Shown: positions 44,263-64,000 of the stretch, one piece after another
How positions within the stretch are numbered: position 1 is the first letter of the stretch
Layout: each line of letters starts with the position of its first letter
Assembly (NCBI RefSeq): GCF_009914755.1
Contig: NC_060943.1
Length of the DNA: 64,000 nucleotides
Direction: 5' to 3' (one strand)
Source of the DNA: the human T2T-CHM13v2.0 reference genome, Homo sapiens
Notes under the pieces: model-generated
The model's input: only the letters and a program-made list of their open reading frames with translations
Told to the model about the DNA's origin: nothing
Databases searched by the model: none
Position numbers and translations under genes: made by a program

Positions 44263-44468
44263 AATGATATTTCTCACTGGGGGGTGACTCTGCTGCCCTG
44301 GGAGACACTGGGCGATGTCTGGGGATATCTGAGGTTGTCACAACTTGGGGGTCAGGACTTGGGGGTGGGTGCTCCTGGAATGGACTGGGTGGGGCTGAGA
44401 GATGCTCTACACCCTACTACATATAAGCACAAACCTGGCCCCAAGGTCCACAGTGCTGAGTGGGTTCA
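44263..44468. mobile_element. MER20-like hAT-Charlie element
   Basis: gggggtgact...gatgtctggggatat...ggttgtcacaact...gatgct...cacagtgctgag resembles the recalled MER20 consensus. Confidence 0.65.
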
Positions 44469-44472
44469 TTTA

Positions 44473-44604
<132 letters not shown>

Positions 44605-44617
44605 TCACTTAAGGCTA

Positions 44618-44833
<216 letters not shown>

Positions 44834-46004
44834 TCAAACTAAAAATAAAAATAAAATAAATAAAATATAGAGATAGGGTCTCACCATGTTGCCCAGATTG
44901 GTCTCGACCTCCTGGGCTCAAGGAATCCTCCCACCTTGACCTCCCAAAGCATTGGGATTACAGGTATTTTACAGGTATGAGCCACTGTGCCTGGCCCAGA
45001 GGACACCGTTTTTATTTTTTATTTATTTATTTTTTTTGAGATGGAGTCTCACTCGTCGGCCAGGCTGGAAGGCAGTGGCATGCACTCCACGCCCGGCTAA
45101 TTTTTGTACTTTTAGTAGAGAAGGGGTTTTGCCATGTTGGCCAGGCTGGTCTCGAACTCCTGACCTCATCATCCACCTGCCGTGGCCTCCCAAAGTGCCT
45201 GGATTACAGGTGTGAGCCACAGCCCCACCTGCCTTTCTAAACATAAACCACACTGCTCCCCCGCTGTACACCCTTCTGTGGTCCGGCCACCCTCAGAAGG
45301 AACCCTGCCTGCTTGCCCGCTGCTGGCCCCTGCCACCTTCCCTCCTCTTTTTCTCTCTGGCCCAGTCACCCTGGCCTCCACGGCTCTCAAAGTCATCAAG
45401 CCCCCTCCCTCGGGTCACCTGTTCTGTTCCCTCAGCCTGGAATCCCCGTTCCCACATCTGTCTACTGATCGGAACACCACCTGGGACTAGCTCCAACTCC
45501 CTTGCTCTAAATGCCCCCACACTCCTCACTCTCCTCTGCAGCAGGGAATTCTATCTGTAACGGTGCATCTGTGTCACCACAGCATCCGTAGCACCCAGCG
45601 CAGAACCGGGCATACAGTAGGAGCTCAATCAATGAACAAACAACTCAATCCTGGTTGAGCACTCAATCCTCCAGCACCAGGTGAGTGAGTGGCACCAGGT
45701 CTCCAGCGCTCGGTATCCCTCTTGGGTGGTGAGGTTCTGGCTCCCCTCCATGGTAAATGGAGACCGGTGGTGATGTGGGGGCGGGGGGGAGCGGGGACAA
45801 GGAGGAGAAACTCAGGTCCCTGGAATCTCCTGGTCCCAGAGCTCCCTGAGCGGTGGGAACATGCTTCTGGGCTGAGGTGATGAGGTGAGCCAGCTAAGTG
45901 ACGGGCTGCCTTGCATCCAGGGTGCTCTACAAACCAAGATGGGCCGGCCGTGGGGGCTCACACCTGTAATCCCAGCACTTTGGGAGGACGAAGCAGGTGG
46001 ATCA

Positions 46005-46181
<177 letters not shown>

Positions 46182-46397
46182 CTACTGCACTCCAGCCTGG
46201 GCGACAGAGCAAGACTGTCTCAAAAAAAAAAAAAAAAGAGATTAGGAAACAGCCACGTAGGGCAGACTAATAACCGTGCCCCCCCGCCCCCCCAACTCCA
46301 CTCCAACGGACAAGTGACAAAAAAGTGACAAATCGCAGTGCTGTTAAGACCAAGAAATAGGCAGCTCCTCTGCATCTGGTAGGAATGCTGGAGTGGA

Positions 46398-46930
<533 letters not shown>

Positions 46931-48286
46931 GCGTAGACAATGTTTCTGTTTGTTTAAAGAATACACATGTATTTGCTTACAAAGGCCCAGATGGGACATG
47001 GGGCTCAGGGGTGGGTGGCCGTGGACAGAGGTGGGCAGGAGGCCACCATCTTGGGAGGAAACTGAGCCCCAGGCAAGCAGCAGGAGGGCAGGAGGCCAAG
47101 ATGGGGCAAGGGAGAGGTGGGCAGGATCCAGGGAGGGGAAGCCAGAATCAATCCCTGCCTCCCCAGGATTACGAGAGAGCGGCAGTTCCAGCTCGGGGGT
47201 CACTGCTTGGATGGGAAAAGCCCCAGTGGAAAGCCCTGAGCACTAACAGCATCCCAGGCGCAGCGCAGGCAACGGAACCTGTGATCTCCTCCAAGCCTTT
47301 TCCATAGAGGGGGAAACGGAGGCACAGGCAGTCACACACTTGTCCCAGGTCATACAGCCAGCATGTAGCAAGGATTTGAACCCAGGCCTGGCTGAGCTCA
47401 GAAGAAGCTGAGCAGGACCGGCTGCAAAAGCCCTCCACTCAACCAGGTCTGAACCCATCGGGGCCCTGAAGGGGGCATGGCTGGATGCCGTCTGAGGCAG
47501 TTCAGGCCTCTTGTCCATCCTTCCTGGGCCAGGGACCTGGACGACCTTGAAAGTGGCTCTGATTGGCTACTGATGACATCATCGGAGATGAGGGCCAAAA
47601 TGACTGGGCCTCACTCAATTGGTCTTGGTGCCCACAGCTGGGTCTGTCGGCATCCCCCTGTGTGTCTATGCATGCTCGTGTGCCTACGAGGGAACCCTGT
47701 ATTTCATTCATGCGTGGGTACATGTGTGCCGCATGTATGTGCTCACGCTTGCCCGTGCCCACGTGTCCACACGTGAGCAATTCCCGTGTGTATGTGGCCC
47801 CGCAGGGGTCCCCATAAGCGTGTGTGGACAGCAGCCAGCCAGGGTGCAGGGGGAGGTCTCGGCCGCCTGACGCTACCGAGAACACCTAATTAAACAAAAA
47901 CGTACATCGCGAACCACACTCTGCCCAGTTCCTCGGAGTTTAATTAAAACAACAGTGCAGGAGGCGTGTGTGGGGTCCACAATCAGATGGCAGAGGAGGA
48001 GGAAGGCAGGGAGTGGCCCTGGCAGTCCAGATGGTCCCCCACCAACTGCCAGGGACTGGCCGGAGGTGCCCGGAGCTCAGGGCTGGTGGCAAGGTGGGTG
48101 GGATCGGGTCAGGGTATCCAAGGCCCCGGGCCCCAGCAGGAAGAATGAGCTCCCAGCCCAAGCAGGCCCTTCCAGGCAGCCGGAGAGGAGAGAGAAAAAG
48201 GGTGTGGGCTCGGCACGGTGGCTGACGCCTATAATCCCAGCACTTTGGGAGGCTGAGGAGGTGGATCACCTGAGGTCAGGAGTTCA

Positions 48287-48604
<318 letters not shown>

Positions 48605-49160
48605 TCAGAGTGCAGGCTGGCTTGGGGCAAGAGAAGGCAGGTTGTTCTGTCCCAGCCTGGGAAAGGTCAGGGCAAAATTATCTGCTAGGAAGAGCAGGGC
48701 GGGCCACGGTGGGCCTGACTCCGCCCCCGCTCCTTCCTCCATCCCCCAGCAGGATGGGATCCAGGACCCACGCAAATGAAATTGTGGGGTCTCTTGTTAG
48801 AAAAGTATTAAGACTTTCCAGACCACAATAGCGAGCTTTTATCTTTTCTTCCCCCTCCCCCCCACCCCCCTTTTAGAGACAGGGTCTTGCTCTGTCACCC
48901 AGACTGGGGTGCAGTAGCATGATCATAGCCCACTGTAGCCTTGAACTCCGAGGCTCAGGCGATCCTCCTGCCTCAGCCTCCTAAGTACTTGGGACTATAG
49001 GCAGGCCCCATTACACCAGGCTAAGTTTTACATTTTTCTTTTTGTAGAGACTTGGACAGTGAGGCATGGGGTCTCTATGTTGCCCAGACTAGTCTCAAAC
49101 TCCTGGGCTCAAGTGATCCTCTTGACTTGGCCTCCCGAAGTGTTGGCATTACAGGTGTGA

Positions 49161-49343
<183 letters not shown>

Positions 49344-49760
49344 TAGGATGACAGGTGCACACCACCATGCCTGGCTAATTTTTGTATTTTTAGTAGATTT
49401 GGGGTTTCACCATGTTGGCCAGGCTGGTCTCAAACTCCTGACCTCAAGTTGTCCACTTGCCTCGGCCTCCCAAACTGCTGGGATTACAGGCCAAAGCACA
49501 GGGCCTGAGGGAGGGATCCTGGATGACTGTACAGGTCACTCGCCTGTGATGCCAGTCCCAGTTTCATGGGACCAGAGTCTGAAATCGAGTACTACTAGGG
49601 CCGCTGTGATAACCCCTCCCAGGGCTCCAAGCTGGTCACAGCTGGGCTGCCGTGGAGGACATTGGAATAGCCTCATCTTGGGAAGCCACATGCAGGGGTC
49701 ACCTCCCAGCTAATGGCTGGCAGTGGCTCATATACATGACTGGGATGTCTCTGCAGGTGA

Positions 49761-50510
<750 letters not shown>

Positions 50511-50869
50511 TGAACTCCTTGACCTCAGGTGATTCACCCGCCTCGGCCTCCCAAAGTGCTGGGATTACAGATGTTTGAGTCCCTGTACTCAGCCCGACTT
50601 TAGAGATGAGAAAATTGCAGCTCAGACAAGTTCATTAACCTGCCCTAGGTCACACAGCAACCAAGTGGCAGCCAGGACTTGAGCTCCACAGGCTGGGCCC
50701 AGTGCTAAGACCAAACTGCAGTGGAGAAGGCAGCACAGAGTGGTTGGGCAAGGGTTTGTAGGCGGCTGTTTGAAATGATGCTGAACAAAAATTTGTTCAC
50801 AAAATTGCTTCCTCATTATAAAACAGCATCACTCAGACAGCCCCCTATAAACCCCTTGCGACTTGTTCA

Positions 50870-51212
<343 letters not shown>

Positions 51213-51429
51213 CTAAACAAGACCAGCAAGCAGCACTGCAGGCCCGTGTGAATGTCTGGGGAAGTGGGGCAGCAGTTTCTGCCTACCTAGCATCCGTTCA
51301 TCCTTTATTTTTTGTAGAGATGGGGTCTCGCTATGTTGCCCAGTCTAGTCTCACGTGTGATCCTCCCACCTCAGCCTCCCAAAGTGCTGGGATTGCAGGT
51401 GTGAGCCACCATGCCCAACCCTGTTTATC

Positions 51430-51760
51430 TTTATTCCTTTGGGGGAACCACACTCACTCTTGGCTCCAGGTAGGAGTCTAGCCAATCAGAGTGTTTGTTC
51501 CTCCTGAGCCACAGTGATTAGTTCAGGGAAGGGAATGGGATCCAAGTTCATTGGCAGTGGGGGAAGTCTCACTAAGGATATCATCAATACAGAAGGAAAC
51601 AAAGCCAAGAGACAGAGAGTGAGCTCTGAGAAAATTCAATGAGCCCCTGGATCCAGCTGAACCTGAAGCCAGCCACTCCATGGAATTTTAATTCTGCACA
51701 TCAATTACCTTTCTCGCTTGAACCCATCTGAGTTGGATCAGCCTTTTGTCATCAGAAGCA
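51430..51760 (+). mobile_element. MLT1-like (MaLR) solo LTR fragment
   Basis: agccaatcagag...gccacagtgatt...gagcccctggatccagctgaacctgaagccag...tgagttgg pattern typical of old MLT1 LTRs. Confidence 0.55.
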
Positions 51761-52007
51761 CATGATGAAGATTATAAATTAGGATGATTCTAGTCTCTCA
51801 ATTCCTTTCTTTCTTGCAAAGGCACAATAAATCCCCACCAGTAGGCGCTGGGCCCTGAGACTGTTACTGGTTGGATAAGGGAGATCAAGGTCCTCCCAAA
51901 AAACACAAAGCAGGAGGGTTTGGGGTAACTTTCATGTATTCCTTTTGTGCTTGTCCCCAAAGCCCAGGGCCCAGTTTATCCTCCGCCCGCCCTGAGGAGC
52001 CCAATAC

Positions 52008-52149
52008 CTCGGAGGACAGTAAGCTTGGCATGGACTGTGATCTCCCCAACCGAGTTCTGGGCCACACACTCGTACACGTTTTCATCCCGCGGTGTCCTCA
52101 GCGGCTGGATCCTCAGCACTGCCCCTGCACTCTCATCAAACTCAATCGT
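52008..52149 (-). CDS. PTPRS: PTPRS exon, Ig1 C-half ([47 protein letters not shown]), 142 nt
   Basis: ggcag|ACGATTGAG...CTCCGAG|gtattg. Ig YxC motif. Not called in the ORF track; read by hand. Confidence 0.96.
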
Positions 52150-52764
52150 CTGCCATGGGCAGGGGAAAAAAGAACAGAGTGAGGCTGGGGTCCCAGGAAG
52201 GTTCCTGTCTAGGCTGGGCTAGGCTGGGCTGTAGGGGAATGGCAGTCAGCCCCATGATCCTGGGGGTGACTGGGAGAATTGCTGCAGGCTGAATGTGCAC
52301 GTGTGTCGGTGTCCAGTATAAATGCGCCGCAGACAGGGACCAGATTTGGGTACATATAAGAACAGGGTGTTGTGTGCATGTGTGAGGGTGACAAATGTCT
52401 GCAAGCCCATGTGACAGGCATGCAAAGGCATGTGAAGACATGCGGAATGTGTCAATGTGCACGTGTGATCATGGGCGTGTATTGAGAGTTGTAAAGTTCC
52501 TTCTGTGTGCAGTGGTGCTGTGTACACTGCACTGTGAAGAAGACTCAGAGAGGGCAGGGCTTTGCTTGAGGCCACACAGCATGGAGCTGGTAGAGCAAGT
52601 AAGGCGGGCAGGGCCCTGGCTGGAGGCTGCGCAGCCATGCTTGCTTGGCCACAGATGATGCTCCACCTGGGGAACGTGTCCACGAAGTCCACTGTGGCTG
52701 AGGTGCTGTGGCCCTGCCTTGGGGGAGCATTGACCCCAGGCTGCCTCCCCCTACCCCAACTCAC

Positions 52765-52910
52765 CTCAAAGCGCTGAGAGTTGACCTTCTTGCCCTTCTT
52801 GTTCCAGGTCACTCGTGGCTTGGGGTCACCCGTGGCCTGACACACGAAAGAGGCCACACCCCCCGACACGCCGATCTGGTCCTTGGGTTCTTTGATAAAC
52901 CTGGGGGGCT
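52765..52910 (-). CDS. PTPRS: PTPRS exon, Ig1 N-half (EPPRFIK...[13 protein letters not shown]), 146 nt
   Basis: cccag|AGCCCCCC...TTTGAG|gtgagt. Contains the KKGKK lysine loop (52786-52800) known to bind heparan/chondroitin sulfate. Confidence 0.97.
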
Positions 52911-53143
52911 CTGGGGATACAGTGGAAAGAAGGGGGGGCGCTGATGGGTCCAGGCATCTGGCTAGGATACCAAGGAGCCACGAAAACCTGCATTCCATGC
53001 CCTGCCCACGGAAGTGCCATGTGGCCAATGAAGAGAGGAGGAGGAAAGCAAGGATGACAACAAACACCCTCCCACCTCGCCCCCCACCACGGCACCCATG
53101 GGCACCCAGGTGCCCACATATCCCCACTTCCACCTGCAACAGC

Positions 53144-53242
53144 CACACCTGCTCACACACAGTGGATACAACCTCACCTGGGCACACCTGCTCAGACACA
53201 GTGGATACAACCTCACCTGGGCACACCTGCTCAGACACAGTG
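53144..53242. repeat. 39-bp tandem repeat, 2.5 copies
   Basis: cacacctgctca(c/g)acacagtggatacaacctcacctggg begins at 53144, 53183 and 53222. Confidence 0.9.
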
Positions 53243-53573
53243 CCACTGGGAAAGATGGAAGGGGAAACCTGTGAGATGCTGGGGTCCCTAAATTCAGCAC
53301 CTGAACCCCCCCTCCATGGTGACCAGCCAAACCCTGGAGGGCCCTGAAAGCACTTGCCAGAATAACTTGGTCTAATTTCCTGGTGAGACATGTGGGGAAA
53401 CTGAGGCACCCAGCATGGGGGCGGGGGGTGACCATGGGACATGAGGTCAGAGCCAGTATTTGAACCCAGAGCTCCAGCTTCTTGGGAGGCATCCAGGAGG
53501 TGGCTGGACACGAGGGGTCAGTGCCCAGGAGAGTGCTCTGAGCTGGAGGCAGGAGCTCAGAAAGGGGAAGTAA

Positions 53574-53841
<268 letters not shown>

Positions 53842-53970
53842 TAACCAGGATGGTCTCGGTCTCCTGACCTCATGATCTGCCTGCCTTCGCCTCCCAAAGT
53901 GCTGGGATTACAGGCATGAGCCGCTGCACCCAGCCTTCTTTTCTTTTTCTTTTCTTTTTTTTTTTCCTGA

Positions 53971-54445
<475 letters not shown>

Positions 54446-54741
54446 TCAAGTGATCCTCCCACCTTGGCCTCCCAAGTAGCTATGTTGTCCAGCCTGGTCT
54501 CAAACTCCTAGCCTCGAGCAATCCTCCCACTTCAGCCTCCCAAGCTGCTGGATTTATAGGCGTCAACCACCATACCCAGCTCTGCCATCCCCATTTTACA
54601 TGTGAGGAAACTGAGACACAAACCAGGCAAGGGACTTGCTTTGGCTGGACATGCACAGCCAGGCGGTGGCTGAGCTGAACGTGCTCCTTTGAACCAGCCT
54701 GGCTTTCACATCCACATTCTTCACCCTCCATGACGATCTGA

Positions 54742-54912
<171 letters not shown>

Positions 54913-54915
54913 TAA

Positions 54916-55313
<398 letters not shown>

Positions 55314-55599
55314 TAGCCAGGATGGTCTCGATCTCCTGACCTCGTGATCCGCCCGCCTCAGTCTCCCAAAGTGCTGGGATTACAGGCGTGAGCCACCAGG
55401 CAGGTGAGTATGCCTATTTTAACATCCTAGAGCAACCTCATCAAGCTGCACCTGGGACAGGCTACAGTATCTGTGGAGAATTCATTAACATTGTTTCCTT
55501 TTTATCGACTATTTTTACAGTAACCTTTGCATCTCCCAGAGGGACACTAGATTTCCGGTCACAGTACACAGTAATGTTACAATGTATCCCCTAAGATGA

Positions 55600-55875
<276 letters not shown>

Positions 55876-56010
55876 TGATCAAGTGAATGCCAGGCTATCT
55901 ATGCAGCAGAATACTACATAAGTATAAAAAGGGGGAAAAAGCCGGGTGCGGTGGCTCATGCCTGTAATCCCAGCACTCTGGGAGACTGAGGTGGGTGGAT
56001 CACGAGGTCA

Positions 56011-56765
<755 letters not shown>

Positions 56766-57641
56766 GGGAGTGGGGGGTGGGGGAAAGGATGCTTTTTTGT
56801 TTCAGACAGGGACTCGCTCTTCTGCCCAGGCTGGAGTGCAATGGCACGAACATACCTCACTGCAGCCTCAATCTCCCAGGCTCAAGCGATCCTCCCAACT
56901 CAGCCTCCTGAGTAACTGGGACTACAGTCACATGCCATCACGCCCAGCTAATTTTTGTACTGAGTTTTGCCATGTTGCCCAGGCTGGTCTCAAACTCCTG
57001 TCCTCAAGCGATCCTCTCACCTCGAGATGCTTTTTGATTACTTATTTATTTATTTATTTCTGCGGCAGGGTCTCACTCCGTCACCCAGGCTCAAGTGCAG
57101 GGCGCGATCTTGGCTCACTGCAACCTCCGCCTCCTGGGTTCAAGTGGACTCTTCTGCCTCAGCCGCCCAAGTAGCTGGGATTACAGGCACACATCACGCC
57201 CGGCTAATTTTTGTATTTTTAGTAGAGACAGGGTTTCCCCATGTTGGCCAGGCTGGTCTCAAACTCTTGGCCTCAGGTGATCCAACCACCTCAGCCTCCC
57301 AAAGTGCTGGGATTACAGGCGTGAGCCACCCTGCCCAGCCAGGATGCTTTTTAAAATAAACTACTAGGGTAGGAACAATAAGATATATTATTAAATGGAG
57401 GAGGTGTGTATAAGCAAGAGGTAATAAAGTGTCGCAAATGGTACCGTTGTACGATTTTTTAAAATGAAAAAAGGGGTTGGGCATGGTGGCTCATACCTGT
57501 AATCCCAGCACTTTGAGAGGCTGGGGCAGGCTCACTAGATCAGGAGTTTGAGGCCCGCCTGACCAACATGGTGAAACCCCGTCTCTTCTAAAAATACAAA
57601 AATCAGCCAGGCGTGGTGGTGCATGCCTGTAATCCCCGCTA

Positions 57642-57749
<108 letters not shown>

Positions 57750-58111
57750 TCAAAAAAAAAAGAAAAAAGGAAAAAGGGAAAGATTGTATGTATGTGTAGA
57801 AACAGTGCTGCCTCCAGGGAGCTAAGTGGCTGGACACAGGGACAGAGATTTCCACTTTGGTACCTTTTTACATGTAGAACTAAAGACAAATTGAAGAAGT
57901 TATTTTTATTTTTATTTTTATTTTATTTTTTCTTCTTCTTCTTATTTTTTTTTACAGAGACAGGGTCTCACTCTCACCCAAGGCTGGAGTGCGGTGGTGC
58001 AATCATAGCTCACTGCAGCCTCAAACTCCTGGGCTCCAGGGATCCTCTGGCCTCAGTCTCCTGAGTAATTGGAACCACAGGCGCTTGCTACCACATGCGG
58101 CTAATTTTTAA

Positions 58112-58485
<374 letters not shown>

Positions 58486-58929
58486 TGATCCACCCACCTT
58501 GGCCTCCCAAAGTGCTGGGATTACAGGCGTGAGCCACCACGCCCAGCCTGAAGTTATTTTAAAACATAAAATTGCTTAAATAAAAAAGTGAGCTGATTAA
58601 AGAAAAAATGGAGCAAAACTTTGTTTTAAGTAAAAGTTTGGGGTCTGAGGAGAGGCTGAGGTCTAACAACTCAAACTTGAGCAACGCTAGGACTTTGAGC
58701 CTCTACGACCAGCTAGAAAAGGGTAGAGTGAGTCCAGGGGCCACACAGGTTGACCAGAAAAGTTCTGGAAAGTTCCAGCTATTCAGAAGCCCAGAGAGGC
58801 CTTAAGAAGGCCCGAGGTTCCAAGGGTAGGTCCCTGTGGGCCCCAACGCCTACCCATCCATGGCTCAGGCTGGGCTTTAAACAAAACAGAGTTCCTGCCC
58901 CAGTGGCCTGACCAGCCTAACCTCCCTCA

Positions 58930-59348
<419 letters not shown>

Positions 59349-59352
59349 TTAA

Positions 59353-60151
<799 letters not shown>

Positions 60152-61796
60152 TTAGGGCAGATGTTTTGCTCCACATTGAGGCTGGGGCTGCCCCCTCCTT
60201 CTGGCCTCAGGAATGGTGACCCGGGGCCATGCGTCCTCAGCCAAGGACATGAGGAAAAGTCACTGTGGCCGGGTCAAGAATGTTACTTCTGGTAAAAATC
60301 CCTCCCTCTGGAGCTGCTGGAAGGAAGGGCAGAAGCTGGCTGAGGGTAGAGACGCATCCAGCTGCCTGTCTGACCTAGAGCCAGAACACACCCCTTGCCC
60401 CCTCCAATCCAGCAAGCAAGACCGGGCGGGTGGGTGCTACAATCAGCCACTGTCTGTGCTGTTCCTTCCTCCCAGGGTCCCGTCCTCCTCCTCTCATCTG
60501 GCAGCTTCAACCTCAGCTCGGCCAGCACCTCCCCTGGGGAGCCTTCTTGGATTACTGCAGGCCCGGTCAGGAGTCCCTTATGCCCCCACCGCAGCCTGGG
60601 CGTCCCCAGAACACTGGGCTGAGATACCTGCTTATGTGGCTCTCAGCACAGAGGTCAAGGGACAGCCTTGGTTCCCTGGGACCTCAGACTTCTTCTCGGT
60701 GTGTGGTGACCCTTGAGAAAACGGAGCTCCCAACATCACTGCCTGCTCTCGGATTTGGAGGGGTTCTACCTCTCGGAAGCACCCCCATCACTGCAGAGCA
60801 GATACCCTCTCGGTCTTCTCCAGGCAGCTTTGGGATCTGAGCCAGCCTGGAAGAGCTGTCCCTGCCCACTGAGTCCCCCGTTAGAAAATGTCTTGCAAAT
60901 GCTTGCAATCTCTCCTTTGGACGAAGCTTCCCCACCTTTTTCTCAGCAAAGGGGCAGAGACACAGGAAGGACACCTCTGGGGCTTGAGGGCGCCGCGCCT
61001 GCAGCTCGAGAGGCACAAAGACACGCCATGTGCTAAGCTTTATGCCTGTGGCCAGGAGGAGCAAAACAGGCTCAGAAAGGTGAAGAGGCCTGGCGCAGAG
61101 GCTCACACCTATAATCCCAGCACTTTGGGAAGCTGAGGCAGGCAGATCACCTGAGGTCAAGAGTTCAAGACCAGCCTGGCCAACATGGCAAAACCCCATC
61201 TCTACCAAAAATACAAAAATTAGCCAGGCCTGGTGGTACACGCCTGTAATCCCAGCTACTTGGAGGCTGAGGCAGGAGAACTGCTTGAACCTGGGAGGCA
61301 GAGGCTGCAGTGGGAGCCGAGATCGAGCCTGGGCAACAGGACAACAGAACAAGACTTCATCTCAAAAAAAAAAAAAAAAGAAGGGACCTGCCTTTGGTCA
61401 CACGGCGTGTGATGGGCAGAGACAGGATTCCAACCCAGGCCTACCTGGCTCCAGTGCCTTGAAAATCACGCAGGCTGGATAAATGGGGTTGGGGGTCTTT
61501 ATTGACCACAAGTACCGTGGATGTCCCTGTCTCTTAGATGAAGAGACAGAAGTTCATGTGGTATTGCCAATATCAAAAAAGCTGGAAAGGGAACCCAGCC
61601 CTCTCTGGAGGCAACGCGCCTGAGCCTCCCGCTCCGTGGCCTGGCTTGGCCCCATCTCTGTTTTTCCATTTCAGATTCTGCAGACAAGAATCCAGTGCCA
61701 GAGCTGGTGACCCACCCACCCTGTCCCCTCCAACCCTGCCCGGGGCCAGCCCCACGGCATCCTGGGAAGGCCCCACTGGACCTGAAGTGGTTTCTA

Positions 61797-62267
<471 letters not shown>

Positions 62268-62738
62268 CTATACCTGGCTTCTGGTCCCTGAGGGAGTGTG
62301 GTCATTGGGAACTTGGCCTGTGGGACCAGGCAGCTCAGGTTCAAATGGCCACTTCTGGTTGGGCACAGTGGCTCACTCTTGTAATCCCAGCACTTTGGGA
62401 GGCTGAGTTGGGAGGATCGCTTAAATCTAGGAGTTTGAGACCAGCCTGGGCAACATAGTAAAAACTCCATCTCTGTAAGAAATTTAAAAACTTAGCCAGG
62501 CCAGGCACTGGGACTCACGCCTGTAATCCCAGTACTTTGGGAGGCTGAGGTGGGAGGATTGCTTAAGCTCACGAGTTTGAGACCAGTCCGGGCAACACAG
62601 TAAGAACTCCATCTCTACAAGAAATTTAAAAAATTAGCCAGGCCAGCCGGGCTCAGTGGCTCATGCCTGTAATCCCAGCACTTTGGGAGGCCGAGGCAGG
62701 AGGATCATGAGGTCAGGAGATTGAGACCACCCTGGCTA

Positions 62739-62935
<197 letters not shown>

Positions 62936-62945
62936 TTAATTAAAA

Positions 62946-62984
<39 letters not shown>

Positions 62985-63263
62985 AAATTAGCCAGGTCAG
63001 GCACAGTGGCTCATGCCTGCAATCCCAGCACTTTGGGAGGCCAAGGCGCTTCAGCCCATCTTTCTTTTTTTTCTGAGACAAGGTCTGGCTCTGTTGCCCA
63101 GGCTGAGTGCAGCGGTGCAATCAGTTTCCATAGTTGTACGACGGGGATGCTGATAATCGCATTCACCTCATCAGGGTGCGGTGGCTGATCTGAATGTATA
63201 GGGGCATTTACTAAAAAACAGCATGAGGCTGGATGCCGTGGCTGGCTCACACCTGTAATTCTA

Positions 63264-63657
<394 letters not shown>

Positions 63658-64000
63658 CTAGCAGCAGGCAGGGGCTTATGAAATGTCCACATCACAAGAA
63701 TGCTGGATGTGGATAATGATATGAGCTCTGTGACAGTGGGTAAGGGAGGCTGAGCCACTAGCCCGGGGTTGTGCAGCAGGTTGGCAGCAGAGCCAGGATT
63801 CAAACCCAGCCTGACTGCAGAACCCAGTCTCTTGCCCTACTGCCCTCATCCCCTATGTCCTCATGGGCCTGAGTGATGCCTTCTCCAGGTCCTTCATGGT
63901 GGGGTGAGTCTTGGCATTGGGCCCCAGATGGACCCTCATCCTCTTCACATTACAGCCAGAAATGCTTCCTTGCCCATCTCTAAACTATACCAACCTCTTT

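Noticed and set aside
51835-51850. CTCF-like motif CCACCAGTAGGCGCTG
   Set aside because: Two mismatches in the core; such matches are expected by chance in GC-rich DNA without ChIP data.
52246-53511. 421-aa ORF as an independent gene
   Set aside because: Only 52765-52910 is protein-like (Ig1); the rest is intron read-through, including the 39-bp repeat.

Overview
Human (primate, Alu-rich, GC-rich) genomic DNA lying entirely inside PTPRS (receptor protein tyrosine phosphatase sigma, LAR family), transcribed on the minus strand. I can place 17 coding exons by GT-AG boundaries and reading-frame continuity (3110 coding nt, Ig1 to the start of FN8). Four are microexons: meA3 ETF (9 nt), meA6 ESTPIR (18 nt), meB ELRE (12 nt) and me[10 protein letters not shown] (27 nt). 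The FN4-FN7 exons form a phase-symmetric skippable cassette. The signal-peptide exon and the transmembrane and phosphatase exons are outside the window. Introns hold dozens of Alus, MIR/L2 fragments, hAT DNA transposon remnants (MER63-, MER20-, MER58-like), an MLT1-like LTR and a disabled RPL32 processed pseudogene. The best candidates for undescribed biology are splicing-related. They are a recursive-splice-like CAG|GTAAGT site just past the cassette, a ~4 kb tandem array built from the L2/MIR 3' tail carrying repeated AATAAA just before the cassette, several orphan microexon or terminal-exon architectures, and an old ~75-bp tandem array. All mechanistic readings are hypotheses. Repeat family names come from recall of consensus sequences, not a database search, and repeat boundaries are approximate.
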